Below are positions 1-12,140 of a DNA stretch of 64,000 bases, piece after piece. The DNA lies in contig NC_043003.1 of the NCBI RefSeq assembly GCF_006345805.1, forward strand, positions 6,324,001 to 6,388,000, read 5' to 3'. The notes beneath the pieces are model-generated. The model ran no database searches, was not told where the DNA came from, and was given only the letters and a program-made list of their open reading frames with translations. Each line of letters opens with the position of its first letter. The stretch's first letter is position 1. This stretch comes from Octopus sinensis (lineage: Eukaryota). A program made the position numbers and the translations under genes.

Positions 1-1551
1 ACATTAGAGTATAAGTTGGTGTGAGGGGAAAACTGAACATTAGAAATAATCTCTCTATATGATTTATAAGTGGACACAGGGGTCGGATGATTGCCAAAGA
101 AATATTTGTTGAATGACTGGCCTCTGTGCCGATGGCACATAAAAGGCACCAACCGATCGTGGCCGTTGCCAGCCTCGCCTGGCACGTAAAAAGCACCCAC
201 TACATGCACAGAGTGGTTGGCATTAGGAAGGGCATCCAGCTGTGGAAACACTGCCAGATCAGACTGGAGCCTGGTGCAGCCTCCTGGCTTCCCAGACGAA
301 CCGTCCAACCCATGCTAGCATGGAAAACGGACGACAATGATGATGATTCAACAATACATACAAAGCCTGAAATTTTGAGGTGTTGGGGCCTTGTCAATTA
401 CATCGACCTCCAGCACTCAACTGGTACTTATTCATTGACCCCCAAAGGATGAAAGGCAAAGTGAACCTCAGCAGTATTTGAACTCAAAGTGTAAAGATGG
501 TGATGAGGAAGAGGTGGAATGCAGCATCAGTGGTGAAGACGATGATGATGATTTTCTTAATTTTTTTTTTTTTCTAAATTTTATATTTTTTTAAGATCCG
601 TAAGTTGACAGTATCATTGGTGTTTGGGATCTTTGCATTCTGTGTTCAGATCCTGCTAAGTTCAGCTTTATCTTTCATCCCTCTAGGGCCAGTAAAAAAG
701 TTCTTTCCAAAAGCTGGAGTTGTTGACATCCCAAATTACTGGCCTTAAACCTAAATTTTCAAAAATATTTTATTTCTCTAAAAGTTTTTAATTTAATTTC
801 CTCTATTCTAATAATCTCATTCCTTATTACATTTCTTTGTTCCTTTTTAACAAAGTCAATAAAGGCTTCAGTAATGACATCATAACCTCTGCTTTATATT
901 TTTACAGTTTATTAAATTTCATTTTATATTTGGATAAAGAAATATTCTTGTAAAAAAATTAGATGAACAATTTTTCTAAAACTTGTTTTGTGTGTTAAGT
1001 AGCTTGCTTACCAACCACATGGTTCCGGGTTCAGTCTCACTGCGTGGCACCTTAGGCAAGTGTCTTCTACTATAGCCTCGGGCCGACTTAAGCCTTGTGA
1101 GTGGATTTGGTAGACGGAAACTGAAAGAAGCCCATCGTATATATGTATATATATATGTGTATGTGTATATATTTGTATGTCTGTGTTTGCCCCTCCAACA
1201 TCGCTTGACAACCGATGCTGGTGTGTGTGTTTACCTCCCCGTAACTTAGCGGTTCGGCAAAAGAGACCGATGGAATAAGTACTAGGCTTACAAAGAATAA
1301 GTTCTGGGTTCGATTTGCTCAACTAAAAAGCAGTGCTCCAGCATGGCCACAGTCAAATAACTGAAACAAGTAAAAAGAGTAAAGAGTATTTTATCGAAAA
1401 CCTATATAATCCAACACTTGTTTTAACTAAAACCTGTTTTATCCGTACAACTGTATAATTTTCCTGTTCTGTTACCATTGTTCTCTTTTAATATTTTTTC
1501 CTCCAAACATTTTGTAGATTCTTAAATATCTGATTTTCCTTTTCTTTGCAG

Positions 1552-2659
1552 ACAAATTATGACCCAATCCAGCTGTCATCCTCTAAAAACTATTTTATCT
1601 GAGTTGAAACCAGCCTTTTCTAATCTGCACTCTTGTAAAACTGTTCCGGAATCTTCTCAAGACTTTATCATTCACCATCAATGCAATTCATCGTTATTGC
1701 CACCAAACTTTCTCACAGAACCCCAAGGAGGTACCACTGTCGACCATTCATCCTTTGTATATCACTTAAAGAAAGAGCCAACGGGGTTTATAGTTGACCA
1801 AAGCAGTGGTCAGTGTTCTGTGACCGAATATCACCTGAGAACATCTCTGTTGGAGAATCTACCCGACTTACTTACAACTGAAGATGTAGGCATTGACCAA
1901 CTGCTGCTTCTACATGGTTTGGTATTTAAGAAGGGCCATATTTTGGATAACTATGTCCCCGTATCACTTGAGTTGCTGGGAATCCTGCCACAAGAGAAAG
2001 ACACGCTGTCGGACACTAAAAAATTCTTTGACTGCATTTCAAAAATTTTGGAGAAAATCGGTGTCAGTGTTTCAAGCCATTATCCGAAAAATCCACAGCT
2101 TGTAGAATCTGGGACCATTTCGGTCACATGTGTTTTGCAGATGTTTCATTGTCGTGATGACACAAAAAGAAATTTAGGCGCAATTTGGAAAGTAAATTCT
2201 AAAAATGTTAAAGAACAACAGCAAACATTTTTGGCATTTCTCTTGGATATTCCAACCATTTCCCGACTTAGCTTTTCTGTAGAACACGATTATCTCCTCT
2301 GGGAACCAGATTTTGTTAAATACTTCAGCAAAAATTCCATAATGAGCCCTAGCAATAAGTTGGTCCCTTTGATTTTTTATCCCCTTCAGTTTAATCATGA
2401 CATGAGTTTCTGGGAAAACCCTGATGTTTCTTTTGATGAACTTTTCTTTCACAACATTATCAGGGATGTCGCTGGGGACTGTGTGAGAAATGTGTGCCTT
2501 ATCGACACTTACCAAGAACCAGATTCTCACAGAATCAGCCGCTGCTACCGTTTCATTTTTCAATCATGGCACCAATGTCTTTCATATGATATCTCTTGGA
2601 AACTCCAAAGTTTTCTCCGTATACAAATTGCTCATCAAATGGCCATCACGCTTCGGTGA
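1552..2659 (+). CDS. FDXACB1: Terminal coding exon of ferredoxin-fold anticodon-binding domain-containing protein 1; upstream exons not seen in the window
   Basis: 366-aa ORF preceded by a strong acceptor (tgattttccttttctttgcag, AG 1550-1551), so the ORF-track ATG at 1559 is probably internal. The C-terminus HDMSFWEN...FDELFFHNIIRDVAGDCV...DTYQEP...SRCYRFIFQS...LR* matches the FDX-ACB domain as I recall it from metazoan FDXACB1. Stop TGA 2657-2659. Confidence 0.88.
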
Positions 2660-4935
2660 TTCCTCAAAACTGAATCAAAAATATTCTTAAAATCCTTTCC
2701 CCCACATCAAAAAAATCTTTAATTTTTCTTTTTTAATAATGCTTTCTTCAACTCAATACAAGGAGGAAATGGCAGTGGCACAGTGGTGGTGGTGGCACCT
2801 TGGCTGTAGTGGTGTGTTAAACTGTTCCTGAACACCTTCAAATACTTTCCATCATCGTTTAAAGTCCGTTTTCCATGCTAGCATGGGTTAGACGGTTTGA
2901 CCGGGGTCTGTGAAGCCAGGAGGCTGCACCAGGCCCAGTCTGATCTCGTGATGTGAATAAATATCAGGTGTTTGGGGAATGTCACCTGAGATAGACTGCT
3001 GCCCTCTTCAGGAGTCATAACACTATCTCTACTGAAGTGAGGACCAGCTGATCGACTAGAAATAACTACCAAATGTCTTCGATTACCTGGATTTGAACCT
3101 GTGGTCTATCAAGAATGGTTTTTGAAAAAACATTTGCTTATTTCCAAGGGAGACAACAAAGTCATCAGTAAAGGTAAGTAACCAGAATTATTTCGCTTTT
3201 CTTGAATTAACTCGGAGCAAAGTTATTAAATAGAAACTTGAAACACCACGGGTGTATATTTATTTATATAGTCTAGTCGATGTCATCGTTTTAATGTTCA
3301 CTTTTCTACGGGTCAGATGGAATTTATCGAGACAGCTTTCCTACAGCTGAATGTTCTTCCTGTGCCAACACTCAACTGTTTTAAAAAGACGTCATTTATT
3401 TCCAGTATTCTAAGTGACGCTCGTTTACAGCTGTCACACGATACCAAGAAAAAGAGACAAACACACACATTCATGGTGTGTTTAGGTCGTTGCCAGTGCC
3501 GCTGGACTAGCTCCTGTGCAGGTGGCACACGTAAAAACACCAATTGAGCGTGGCCGTTGCCAGTACCACCTGGCTAGCCCCTCGTGCCAGTGGCATGTAA
3601 AAGCACCCACTATACTCTCAGAGTGGTTGGCATTAGGAAGGACATCCAGCTGTAGAAACTCTGCCAGATCAGATTGGAGCCTGGTGCAGCCATCTGGTTC
3701 GCCAGACCTCAGTCACACCGTCCAACCCATGCTAGCATGGAAATCGGTCGTTAAATGATGAACAAAATCCACTCACAGGACTTTGGTTTGCCTGGGGCTA
3801 TAAATGACCTTGCCCAGAGTGCCACACAATGGTACTGAACCCATGTGGTCCTTTTACCTGCTAGTAATGGCAAAGTTCCTCCAAATCTCTCCTTAGAAAC
3901 ACAACAAAATATAAACCTAGTCCTACACTTATACCTAAAATGAGGTGGTGAGTGTCACATCTGGAATGTGTTAGATCATAACTGACCTGGGGCTGAATAA
4001 GACAGATGGAACTGTGGCCAGAGTCTAATGAAGAAAGTCTCTATAGAGTCTGGCTGCAAGAAATAGCAGTCAAGTCTCCCTCGACTCTCCATTGTGTTGG
4101 GCACAGAGAGGCAGAGGGGACAGTTTAGACTTAGGCAGGATAGTCATGGTTGGCACAGCTTCAATCAGAAGTCTTCTTGGTCACGACTTCTAAAAGGATT
4201 TTTTTTCTTTTTTGAAAATAAAAAAAAAATAAGACGAAAAACAAGTACAACGAAAATAAATAAATTTATTGAATTTATATTGATTCATAGTTAAAACTGA
4301 GAAATAAAAATAACAAAAAAAAAATGATTGGTAAATGAAACAATAATGAAATTAAGGGACTAACAGTGAAATAAGGGTTAAAGTGGACTAATTATAGGAG
4401 CTGTGTGAACAAGGGTTAACAATGATAGAAGCATTTAAATAAGGGTTAAGTAATTGCTTCCTTAATGCTGCTGATGTGGTTTTGAGTTCAAATCTGTCTG
4501 CATGGCATTAAGAGCAAGGGTCCTCTGAACCATGGATTTCCTAATACCACATGTGAGTGAATTTGGGAGACAGAAACTGTGGAAGCTTGTTTTGTGTGTG
4601 GGTGTGTACACACACACACACACACACAAACACACTTTTCTTTGCTGAATTCAGATTTAACAGAATTTCAAATATTTTCTTTGGTATTTCATGAAGAACT
4701 ATTTTTTGTGTCAAATTTATTGATTGTTTTTTTTTTCCATAAAGGGTTTATGTTTCATGCTTAATATGGGGCCATCAATTATTTCTAAGTTTAAAAATAT
4801 AGACTCAAAAACAGAAGTGGATGAGTGTGTGTATATATATATATATATGAATTCTACGAGCAAAACAATAAATCCATTGAAATAAAACAAATATTTAACA
4901 TAGGTTAACGACTAATTCTTAATATAAACAATATT

Positions 4936-5254
4936 TACATTATTTACATTTGGTGGATATTTGTCCTCATCTTGTTTGTTGTTAACATTTCGGCTGATAG
5001 ACCCTCCAGCCTTCATCGGGTGTCTTGGGGGAAATTTCAAACCTGGGTTCTCATTCCTAAGGTATTTTTTGATGTTATTATTATTCAGGTCAGTGCTTTG
5101 AATCTTAATAACATCGAAAAATACCTTAGGAATGAGAACCCATGTTCGAAATTTCCCCAAAACACCTGAAGAAGGCTGGAGGGTATATCAGCCGAAATGT
5201 TGTGTTAACAACAAACGAGATGAGAACAAATATCTGCAAACTGTAAATAATGTA
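4936..5254. mobile_element. ~320-bp palindromic element, probably an inverted Penelope-like terminal-repeat remnant
   Basis: Imperfect inverted arms around ~5090 (the ORF track gives related peptides on both strands); each arm has a hammerhead-like core. Confidence 0.65.
5161..5206 (+). ncRNA. Minimal type I hammerhead ribozyme motif (Penelope-like element type)
   Basis: Stem I AACAC/GTGTT; core CTGAAGA; extra A; stem II GGCTG-(10 nt)-CAGCC; GAAA; TG; then TT before stem I (GUU site). Assigned by eye; activity not shown. Confidence 0.6.
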
Positions 5255-7325
5255 CATAATTCTTCACCTCTTAAATATAGAACTGTATGAAACAATATTT
5301 AGTTTAATATATTTGGAACTGATGCTACCATAGGAGGACTTGAACCCTTTATCAATGGGTTGACAAACTAACATGTTACCAGGTTACATATTCATATTAA
5401 TCCACTGCACTGTGAGTGGTGGGCATGTGGTAAGTTCAAAATTGTTTTAAGTCGACAAATATCAACAGCTGGGTCGATGGGGAAATTAATTTAAAGAAAA
5501 GGGATCTTTGTTAGTATGAAGGCTGGGGGAAACCCTGCCCCTCGGGATCAGTTCCCTCTTTACCAACAGCAGACAAATCATCCTCAAATCACAAAGATTT
5601 TATACACACACACATACATACACACCCCTATATATTTCTTTATTGCCCACAAGGGGCTAAACATAGAGGGGACAAACAAGGACAGACAAAGGGATTAAGT
5701 CAATTACATCGACCCCGGTGCAAAACTGGTACTTTATTTATCGACCCCAAAAGGATGAAAAGCAAAGTCGACCTCGGTGGAATTTGAACTCAGAATGTAA
5801 CAACAGACGAAATACCTATTTCTTTATTACCCACAAGGGGCTAAACACAGAGGGGACAAACAAGGACAAAGGGATTAAGTTGATTACATCGATCCAGTGT
5901 ATAACTGGTACTTTATTTATCGACCCCAAAAGGATGAAAGGCAAAGTCGACCTCAGCGGAATTTGGACTCAGAACGTAACAACAGATGAAATACCGCTAA
6001 GTGTTTCGACCGGTGCGCTAACGTGTCTGCTAGCTCGCCGCCTTTATCATACACACACCTATATCTATGACTTGATGAAGAAGGGGGGAGAGTGACGAGG
6101 TTGCAAAGTGTACTTCTAAACTAAAAGACCTTCAGGTCCCGCAGTATGGCACCTAGGGCAAGTGTCTTCTCTAAACCTTGTGAGCAAATCAGAAAGACAG
6201 AAGCTGAAGGCAACCAACTGTGTGTGCACGTGTGTACGCATATGTACAGACATATCTATAAAGAAAAAAATCATAAAACCAATTTATACACAGACACCCA
6301 AAGTGCAGCACAAAACAAAAACATCTCAACTGCACCTGCCATTAGTGAAGCACAAATAAAAGCTAAACATGTGGTAAGAGTATTTTCATGTAGCTAATGT
6401 TTTACCATTATTTCATTTCAGTTACTTTCTTGGATGATCCTGGACCAGTAGACACTGTGTGTTTGCTGTAGAAATGTTTATCAAGAATGATGATTCTGAG
6501 GCTTTGATGCCACATTTTTATATCAATGGTTGTCTGCCAAGCAAATTCAAGCTTTTGGGGTTTTTTCTCATTTTTCAATCAGTGTCAACACACATACAAT
6601 AGTGTTTATACTATATCTACATATATACATTACTTTTATATTACACACACACATATATATATATATATATGTAATATATGAACTTTTTCAAACATTCGGT
6701 GACTACTCTGCATTTCCTGCATCTCTCCTGGAATGGAAACGGCCAAACTCACAGGAACAACTCAGACAAGTTCCAGCTTCCAAATCAATGAACAAGCTCA
6801 AGAAAATTCCGATTGAGTATTTTGTTGTCTCTCATTTTTAAATCCAAATGCATGTATATATTTCTCTACAGAGATCTGTATACACAAATGTGTGTGTATG
6901 TATGTATGTATACATGCACATCAATATATTTATGCATATCATTATATATATTTGTGTGTTTGCGTGTCTATATATATTTGTGTGTGTGTGTATGCATGTG
7001 TGTCTATATACATATGGAGTGGAGTATGTATGTGGTCATGCATGCATACACATAATTTCTACAAATATGTAATATATACACACATAGTTATGTGTGTATA
7101 TAGGTGAAATCAACAGTGAAATGATATATATACTCAGATGTGTTGTTAGTGTGTATAAACAGTATGTATATATGTAGGTCTGAGAGACATTGAGAGAGTG
7201 TATGTATATATATAACCATGTCTGTGCATGTATAAATGGTATATATGCACATGTATATAGTTCTGTGTTGATGCAGTTCAGCATGATGCAGCAAGGGATC
7301 TAATGTTGTGCAATGCTGCACCCAA

Positions 7326-7391
7326 TTATTGCAGCCTTGTTCCCCATTTGACACGTTGCATTAGACAACATGCTAACACTGTTCCGATAAT
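7326..7391 (-). CDS. CD151: Tetraspanin terminal coding exon (IIGTVLACCLMQRVKWGTRLQ*)
   Basis: Long polypyrimidine acceptor (tccctttttgtttttctttctctttcag); end of TM4 with CC palmitoylation-type motif; TAA 7326-7328. The spliced product totals 250 aa. Confidence 0.9.
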   Translation of the reverse strand: MIGTVLACCLMQRVKWGTRLQ

Positions 7392-7420
7392 CTGAAAGAG
7401 AAAGAAAAACAAAAAGGGAT

Positions 7421-7975
7421 GTAGTTAGTTAGTTAAATTTTTTGGCTCAAAAAGCAAAGAGCAAGGCCATGTAGGGGGACATGGAGTTATGTACAGGGTG
7501 GTGTTCATGTAAAGAGTTCAGGCCACTTGTGGTCAAGAGAGACTTTGAACCGAGCGGTCGTCGGCATCTTCACCATCTCGTCTGGCAGCTTATTCCACGG
7601 ATCCGCAACCCGGACGGAGAAAGCCCCTCTCCTTCGATTGAGATGAAATCGTCGCAGATAGAGCTTTTCGGAATGACCCCGCAGCCGACGCTCTGGAGCA
7701 GGAGTGAAGAACAGCTCTTTCGAGAGGTTACACTTTCCACTTATGATGTTGTGAGCAAGAATGAGACCACCACGGCATCATCGTTTTTCTAGAGGATAAA
7801 GGTCGAGCGTCTTCAGCCTTTCTTCGTAAGACAAATTCTTGAGACCAAGAACCATGCGGGTAGCCAGCTTCTGGACTCTTTCGAGATGCTGTATGTCTTT
7901 GAGGAGATAAGGAGAAGAGGCTTGAATCCCGCACTCCAATATGGGTCTCACCAGCGTGACGACAAAGGGGGTGTA
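7421..7975 (-). mobile_element. CR1-clade LINE 3' fragment in the last tetraspanin intron
   Basis: Translates as TLVRPILE..IQASSPYLLKDIQHLERVQKLATRMV.GLKNLSYEERLKTLDLYPLEKR...RGHSEKL...FSVRVADPWNKLP...FKVSLD, the RT C-terminal region of CR1-type LINEs; short 3'UTR and (TAAC)n tail at 7421-7434. Confidence 0.85.
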
Positions 7976-8435
7976 TGTGTCTGTGGCCACCTCCACTAAC
8001 TCCGTCACATCCACCCTTAATTCTAACTCCTCCCCAGGGTCCACCCACACAAATGAAAACTGGGCAGAATAGTGATAAGCTAAAAACAAGGGAACCCTTA
8101 AAAGCTGATTCCCAAAAAAACAAAGCTACCTTGTACTGGGTGGTTGGCGGCAGGAAAGCCATTACTCTGAAAGAGACCGAAGGAATGATGAGAGCGATGG
8201 TGGTGGTGGTGGTGGAGACAAATGAGAATGTGCTCCGACACCACATGAGGCACCCCTTCCCCTCTCACTGCTATGTCTACCTCTACCAGAGTTCCCATAA
8301 ACCCCACACTCTAATGCCACACCTCTCCGGCTTTAAGTCTAGCCCTGTCACCATCTACAGCTTACCCCCAGATGTAAAAACCCAATAGACATAGATGAGG
8401 GTTTGAGGGGAAGGTGGAGTATATACGTGACTCAC

Positions 8436-8519
8436 CTGTAAACAACACAAACCAAGACCAACGCTTCCAATTATGTAGAGATTGTCTTGGAAAAATTCTT
8501 CCAATTTACTAGCACAGCC
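8436..8519 (-). CDS. CD151: Tetraspanin coding exon 6 (GCASKLEEFFQDNLYIIGSVGLGLCCLQ)
   Basis: 84 nt, phase 0/0, cttgttctccag| and |gtgagt; last EC2 Cys (GC) and start of TM4. Confidence 0.93.
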
Positions 8520-9150
8520 CTGGAGAACAAGTGAGATATAGATAAACAGTGTATAAACACACAACAGTATAATGCTGATTATATATATACATACATATTA
8601 TATACACAATTCTTTAGAAATGGATTTACATCTTACAAACATTTTACAGTGAAACAATAACAAGAAAAACACACAACACACAGCTATATACAAGCATACA
8701 ATACACACATTTCATGCAGCTAGATTATATATCATCATTTAACATCCGTTTCCCATGGGTCGGACGGTTCAACCAGGGTCTGGTAAGCCGTGGAGGCTGC
8801 ACCAGGCTCCAGTCTGATTTGGCAGTGTTTCTACAGCTGGATGCCCTTCCTAACGCCAACCACTCTGTGAGTGTAGTGGGTGGCTTTTTACGTGCCACCG
8901 GCACAGGGGCCACAGGAGGCTGGCAAACAGCCACGATCGGTTGGTGCGTTTTATGTGTCACCGACACAGATGCCAGTCAGGCGGCGCTGGCATCTGCCAC
9001 GTTCGGACGGTGCTTTTTACGTGTCACCGGCACGGGTATCTTGACTACAATTTCCATTTGATTTTTATTTTGATGTTGGTATTATTTGATGTCGACTCAA
9101 TAGGTCTCTTTGAGAACAGCAGGTCACTCTACGATCCAAGGTTAGCATAT

Positions 9151-9183
<33 letters not shown>

Positions 9184-9243
9184 CCACACACAACAAAAGA
9201 TTTTCTAATTATTACAAATTATTGATTATATAAAAAAAATAAA

Positions 9244-9545
9244 TTCTGTTATCTGGGGAGAGTCATTTTCTTTTTGTGCCTTATTATTTTACACACTCAC
9301 CGGTAAAATTTCCACGTTTTTCTTATTTTTATTTTCCTAAAATTTTCGTTGCCTCTTGCAACCTTTTCAATAGTTTTGATAATAAAAATAAGAAAAAAAG
9401 TGGAAATTTTACCGGTGAGTGTGTTACATAATAAGGCACAAAAAGAGAATGACTCTCCCCAGACACAACAGAATATGCTTCAACACACGAACTCATATAA
9501 AGAATCTTGCAAACCAGATCCAAAAACGAAAAAAATAAATATTTA
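9244..9545. repeat. Fold-back repeat with ~73-bp inverted arms; deleted reverse copy at ~15705-15935
   Basis: ttctgttatctggggagagtcatt...accggtaaaatttccac (9244-~9316) versus gtggaaattttaccggt...actctccccagacacaacagaa (9401-~9473). Confidence 0.75.
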
Positions 9546-11066
9546 GAAAAAAAACAGTTTAACACTGGCCTGATGGACATTTTGTGCAAGTGCTTTTCAA
9601 CCATTTCCAGCATTTCACTCGTTATATAACACACTACACACACATATGTGTGTGTGTATGTGTGTATGCACACATTATTACAATTGTTCGTAAAACACCA
9701 GAAAAATTCAGTTTTGACTGAAGTTTTCTGGTGTTTGCGAAAGAATTCACTTTCTGATTGCAGAATTCTATCAAGATGGCAACGAGCTGGCAGAAGCAGC
9801 ATTGGCTTGCAGGGCGAAATGCTTAGCAGTAATTCGACCATCTTTACGTTCTGATTTCGAATTCTGCCAAGGTTCACTTTGCCTTTCATCATCATCGTTT
9901 AGCGTCCGCTTTCCATGCTAGTATGGGTTGGACGGTTCAACTGGGGTCTGGGAAGCCAGAAGGCTGCAGCAGGCTCCAATCTGATCTGGCAGTGTTTCTA
10001 CAGCTGGATGCCCTTCCTAACACCAACCACTCCGTGAGTGTAGTGGGTGCTTTTTATGTGCCACCGGCACAGGTGCCAGACGAGGCTGGCAAATGGCCAT
10101 GATCGGATGGTGCTTTTTACGTGCCACTGGCACAGGGGCCAGGCGAGGCTGGCAACGGCCACGAACGGATGGTGCTTTTTACATGCCACCGGCACGAGGC
10201 CAGTTGGGGCGGCGCTGGCAACGGCCACGTTCGGATGGTTCTCTTACGTTCCACCGGCACTGGTATCACAGCTGCAATTTCCGCAATTTCCATTGATGTT
10301 GATCGATTTTGATTCTCACTTGCCTCAACAGGTTTTCAAAAGTAGAGTTTTGTGTCCCAAGAAGGAAAAGTATGCATAAGTGGACTGGCTACATCCCATG
10401 TAGAGGCCACGGGTTATGGTCTCCTTTCATCCTTTCCCAAAAATATCTGCACCTTCTGCCTAGAGTAGAAAAGAATTCTATCCAGATGTGATCTTTGAAT
10501 CTGGGATACAAATTCTTTGCATTATATATCACGTATACTAGGAAGGACGCAAATGAAAAAGACCATTGTACACACAGGGCCTACTAAATTCATTTTTTAT
10601 TTTATTTCTTGAGGTATAAAAATTTTCACTCCACATTTGTAACCTTCTCATGTAACATCTGTAAACTTTCGTCAAATAAAAGTGAATTCAACAGATTTTG
10701 TTTGTCCCTTAATGGATCAGAATATGGTAGTTCCGTATTGTTTCATTTTCAACAGGCAAACCCCAGATCAAGTCATTTGGATGGGAAGAGGACATCCCTG
10801 ATATGTAGATAGATAGGTAGAGAGAGATATAGATAGATAGACATAGAAAGATAGATATGGATGGATAGATATATATATAGATATTGATATATAGATTAGA
10901 TAAATATATATATATAGGCAGAGAGATATACATAGAGATAAATATATAGGTAGATATAGAGATAGATACATACATACAGATAGCTAGATAGATATATATG
11001 TATATACATCTATATACATTTGTATATATGAGTGAATGAATGTAATGTAAATGTGTGTGAACTTAC

Positions 11067-11222
11067 CTTGTGGTAGATGTTTGAAGGATGATCCCTCTTG
11101 GCACATCCAATACTGGGGGTTCTACAGCAACTATCAGGCGCTTTATTCTCTGTATTTTGGTCTAACCGCAGCCATCTGCTTGCCCTCCAGTCTTTGTAGT
11201 AACCAGCACCACAGCAGCGAAA
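11067..11222 (-). CDS. CD151: Tetraspanin coding exon 5 (FRCCGAGYYKDW...PDSCCRTPSIGCAKRDHPSNIYHK)
   Basis: 156 nt, phase 0/0, tttctcttttccccccag| and |gtaagt; CCG and PDSCC motifs plus RDHPSNIY, the CD151/TSPAN11-type EC2 motif. Confidence 0.95.
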
Positions 11223-11572
11223 CTGGGGGGAAAAGAGAAAGAGAGGGTGACAGGGGGAATAGACCCGCTTTAGAGAGTAGGGGAGGGAGGAAAACAGTAA
11301 TCTACAATTGGACAGTCAACTGGATTAGATATTGCAATCGTTATATATTAGACATTTCCTACAATATTTCTGTGTCCCTTTCTTCACTTACTCTGTGCCC
11401 CTCTCTGACTTCCACAGAGAATTCAGTGAACTGATTTTGAGTTACCTCCCCTGTATTTATATGGAAGATGTAATCAGTGCCACCTGGTGGTGATTCTACG
11501 TCTCCTTAATATTGTATCAATTATTATCAGGGAAATATTGTCAGTATTCACTATACAAGCTGTAGTACAATA

Positions 11573-11925
11573 ATCTCTCTATATATAAACAGCAAAATGT
11601 GTGTGTGTGTATATCCTTTATACAAATCCACAATTTTTCCGTTAGAGGGCTCGCACTTTCTATGGTCATTCAAAACCGTCCAAGGGTGGTTGTGCACATC
11701 TTTACATTTCCCCAGTCACCCTGCAAAGCCATTAACAAAATCAATAGAATTGAGAATTTTGAGAATTTTCTATCCAAAACCCAATCAAAATGCTCAAAAC
11801 TTGATACGCCAATTGAATGCCAGCTAGCTGTATGTGATTGGTCGGAGATTCGGACAGTACTCGCGTGTATGTGCGCACGCACGCAGCTGTATATGCATGC
11901 ACTAGCACTATGACCCGGTAACTAT
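11573..11925 (+). mobile_element. Helentron/DINE-1-like non-autonomous element (tentative)
   Basis: Starts ATCTCTCTATATATAAAC and ends ...gacccggtaacta; no TIR or TSD; termini resemble HINE-type elements. Confidence 0.45.
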
Positions 11926-12028
11926 TAATCAAATATCTATATAATACTACTAATTATTACTCTAACCACGAGAAAGAAATTACATTGCTACCCCTCTACC
12001 CCCCACCTGTATTTTTCACAATGATTTG

Positions 12029-12140
12029 ATTGGTCAATTACCTGCACCACCACTACCCCACACACCTCATGTTACATATTTAAAGCCAAGACAATCCCAG
12101 CTTCTTCAGTGGTTTGTGTCTGACCAGAAGAGAGGTGAGT
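12029..12140 (+). promoter_or_regulatory. Candidate antisense core promoter and short first exon within a tetraspanin intron
   Basis: ATTGG (CCAAT) 12029-12033, TATTTAAA 12077-12084, Inr-like TCAGT with A at 12108, donor GAG|GTGAGT at 12135. Confidence 0.35.

Noticed and set aside
1559-1561. ATG as the start of an intronless 366-aa gene
   Set aside because: A strong acceptor lies 7 nt upstream, and FDXACB1 has an additional N-terminal domain encoded by earlier exons.
3168-3182. Consensus + strand donor AAG|GTAAGT downstream of the FDXACB1 stop
   Set aside because: Isolated motif with no matching exon or acceptor; expected by chance.
10040-10260. CRISPR-like array (palindromic ~25-bp repeats with ~37-bp spacers; also 55381-55624)
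   Set aside because: The spacers are homologous to each other, the array is part of the RTE 3'UTR, there are no cas genes, and the context is eukaryotic.
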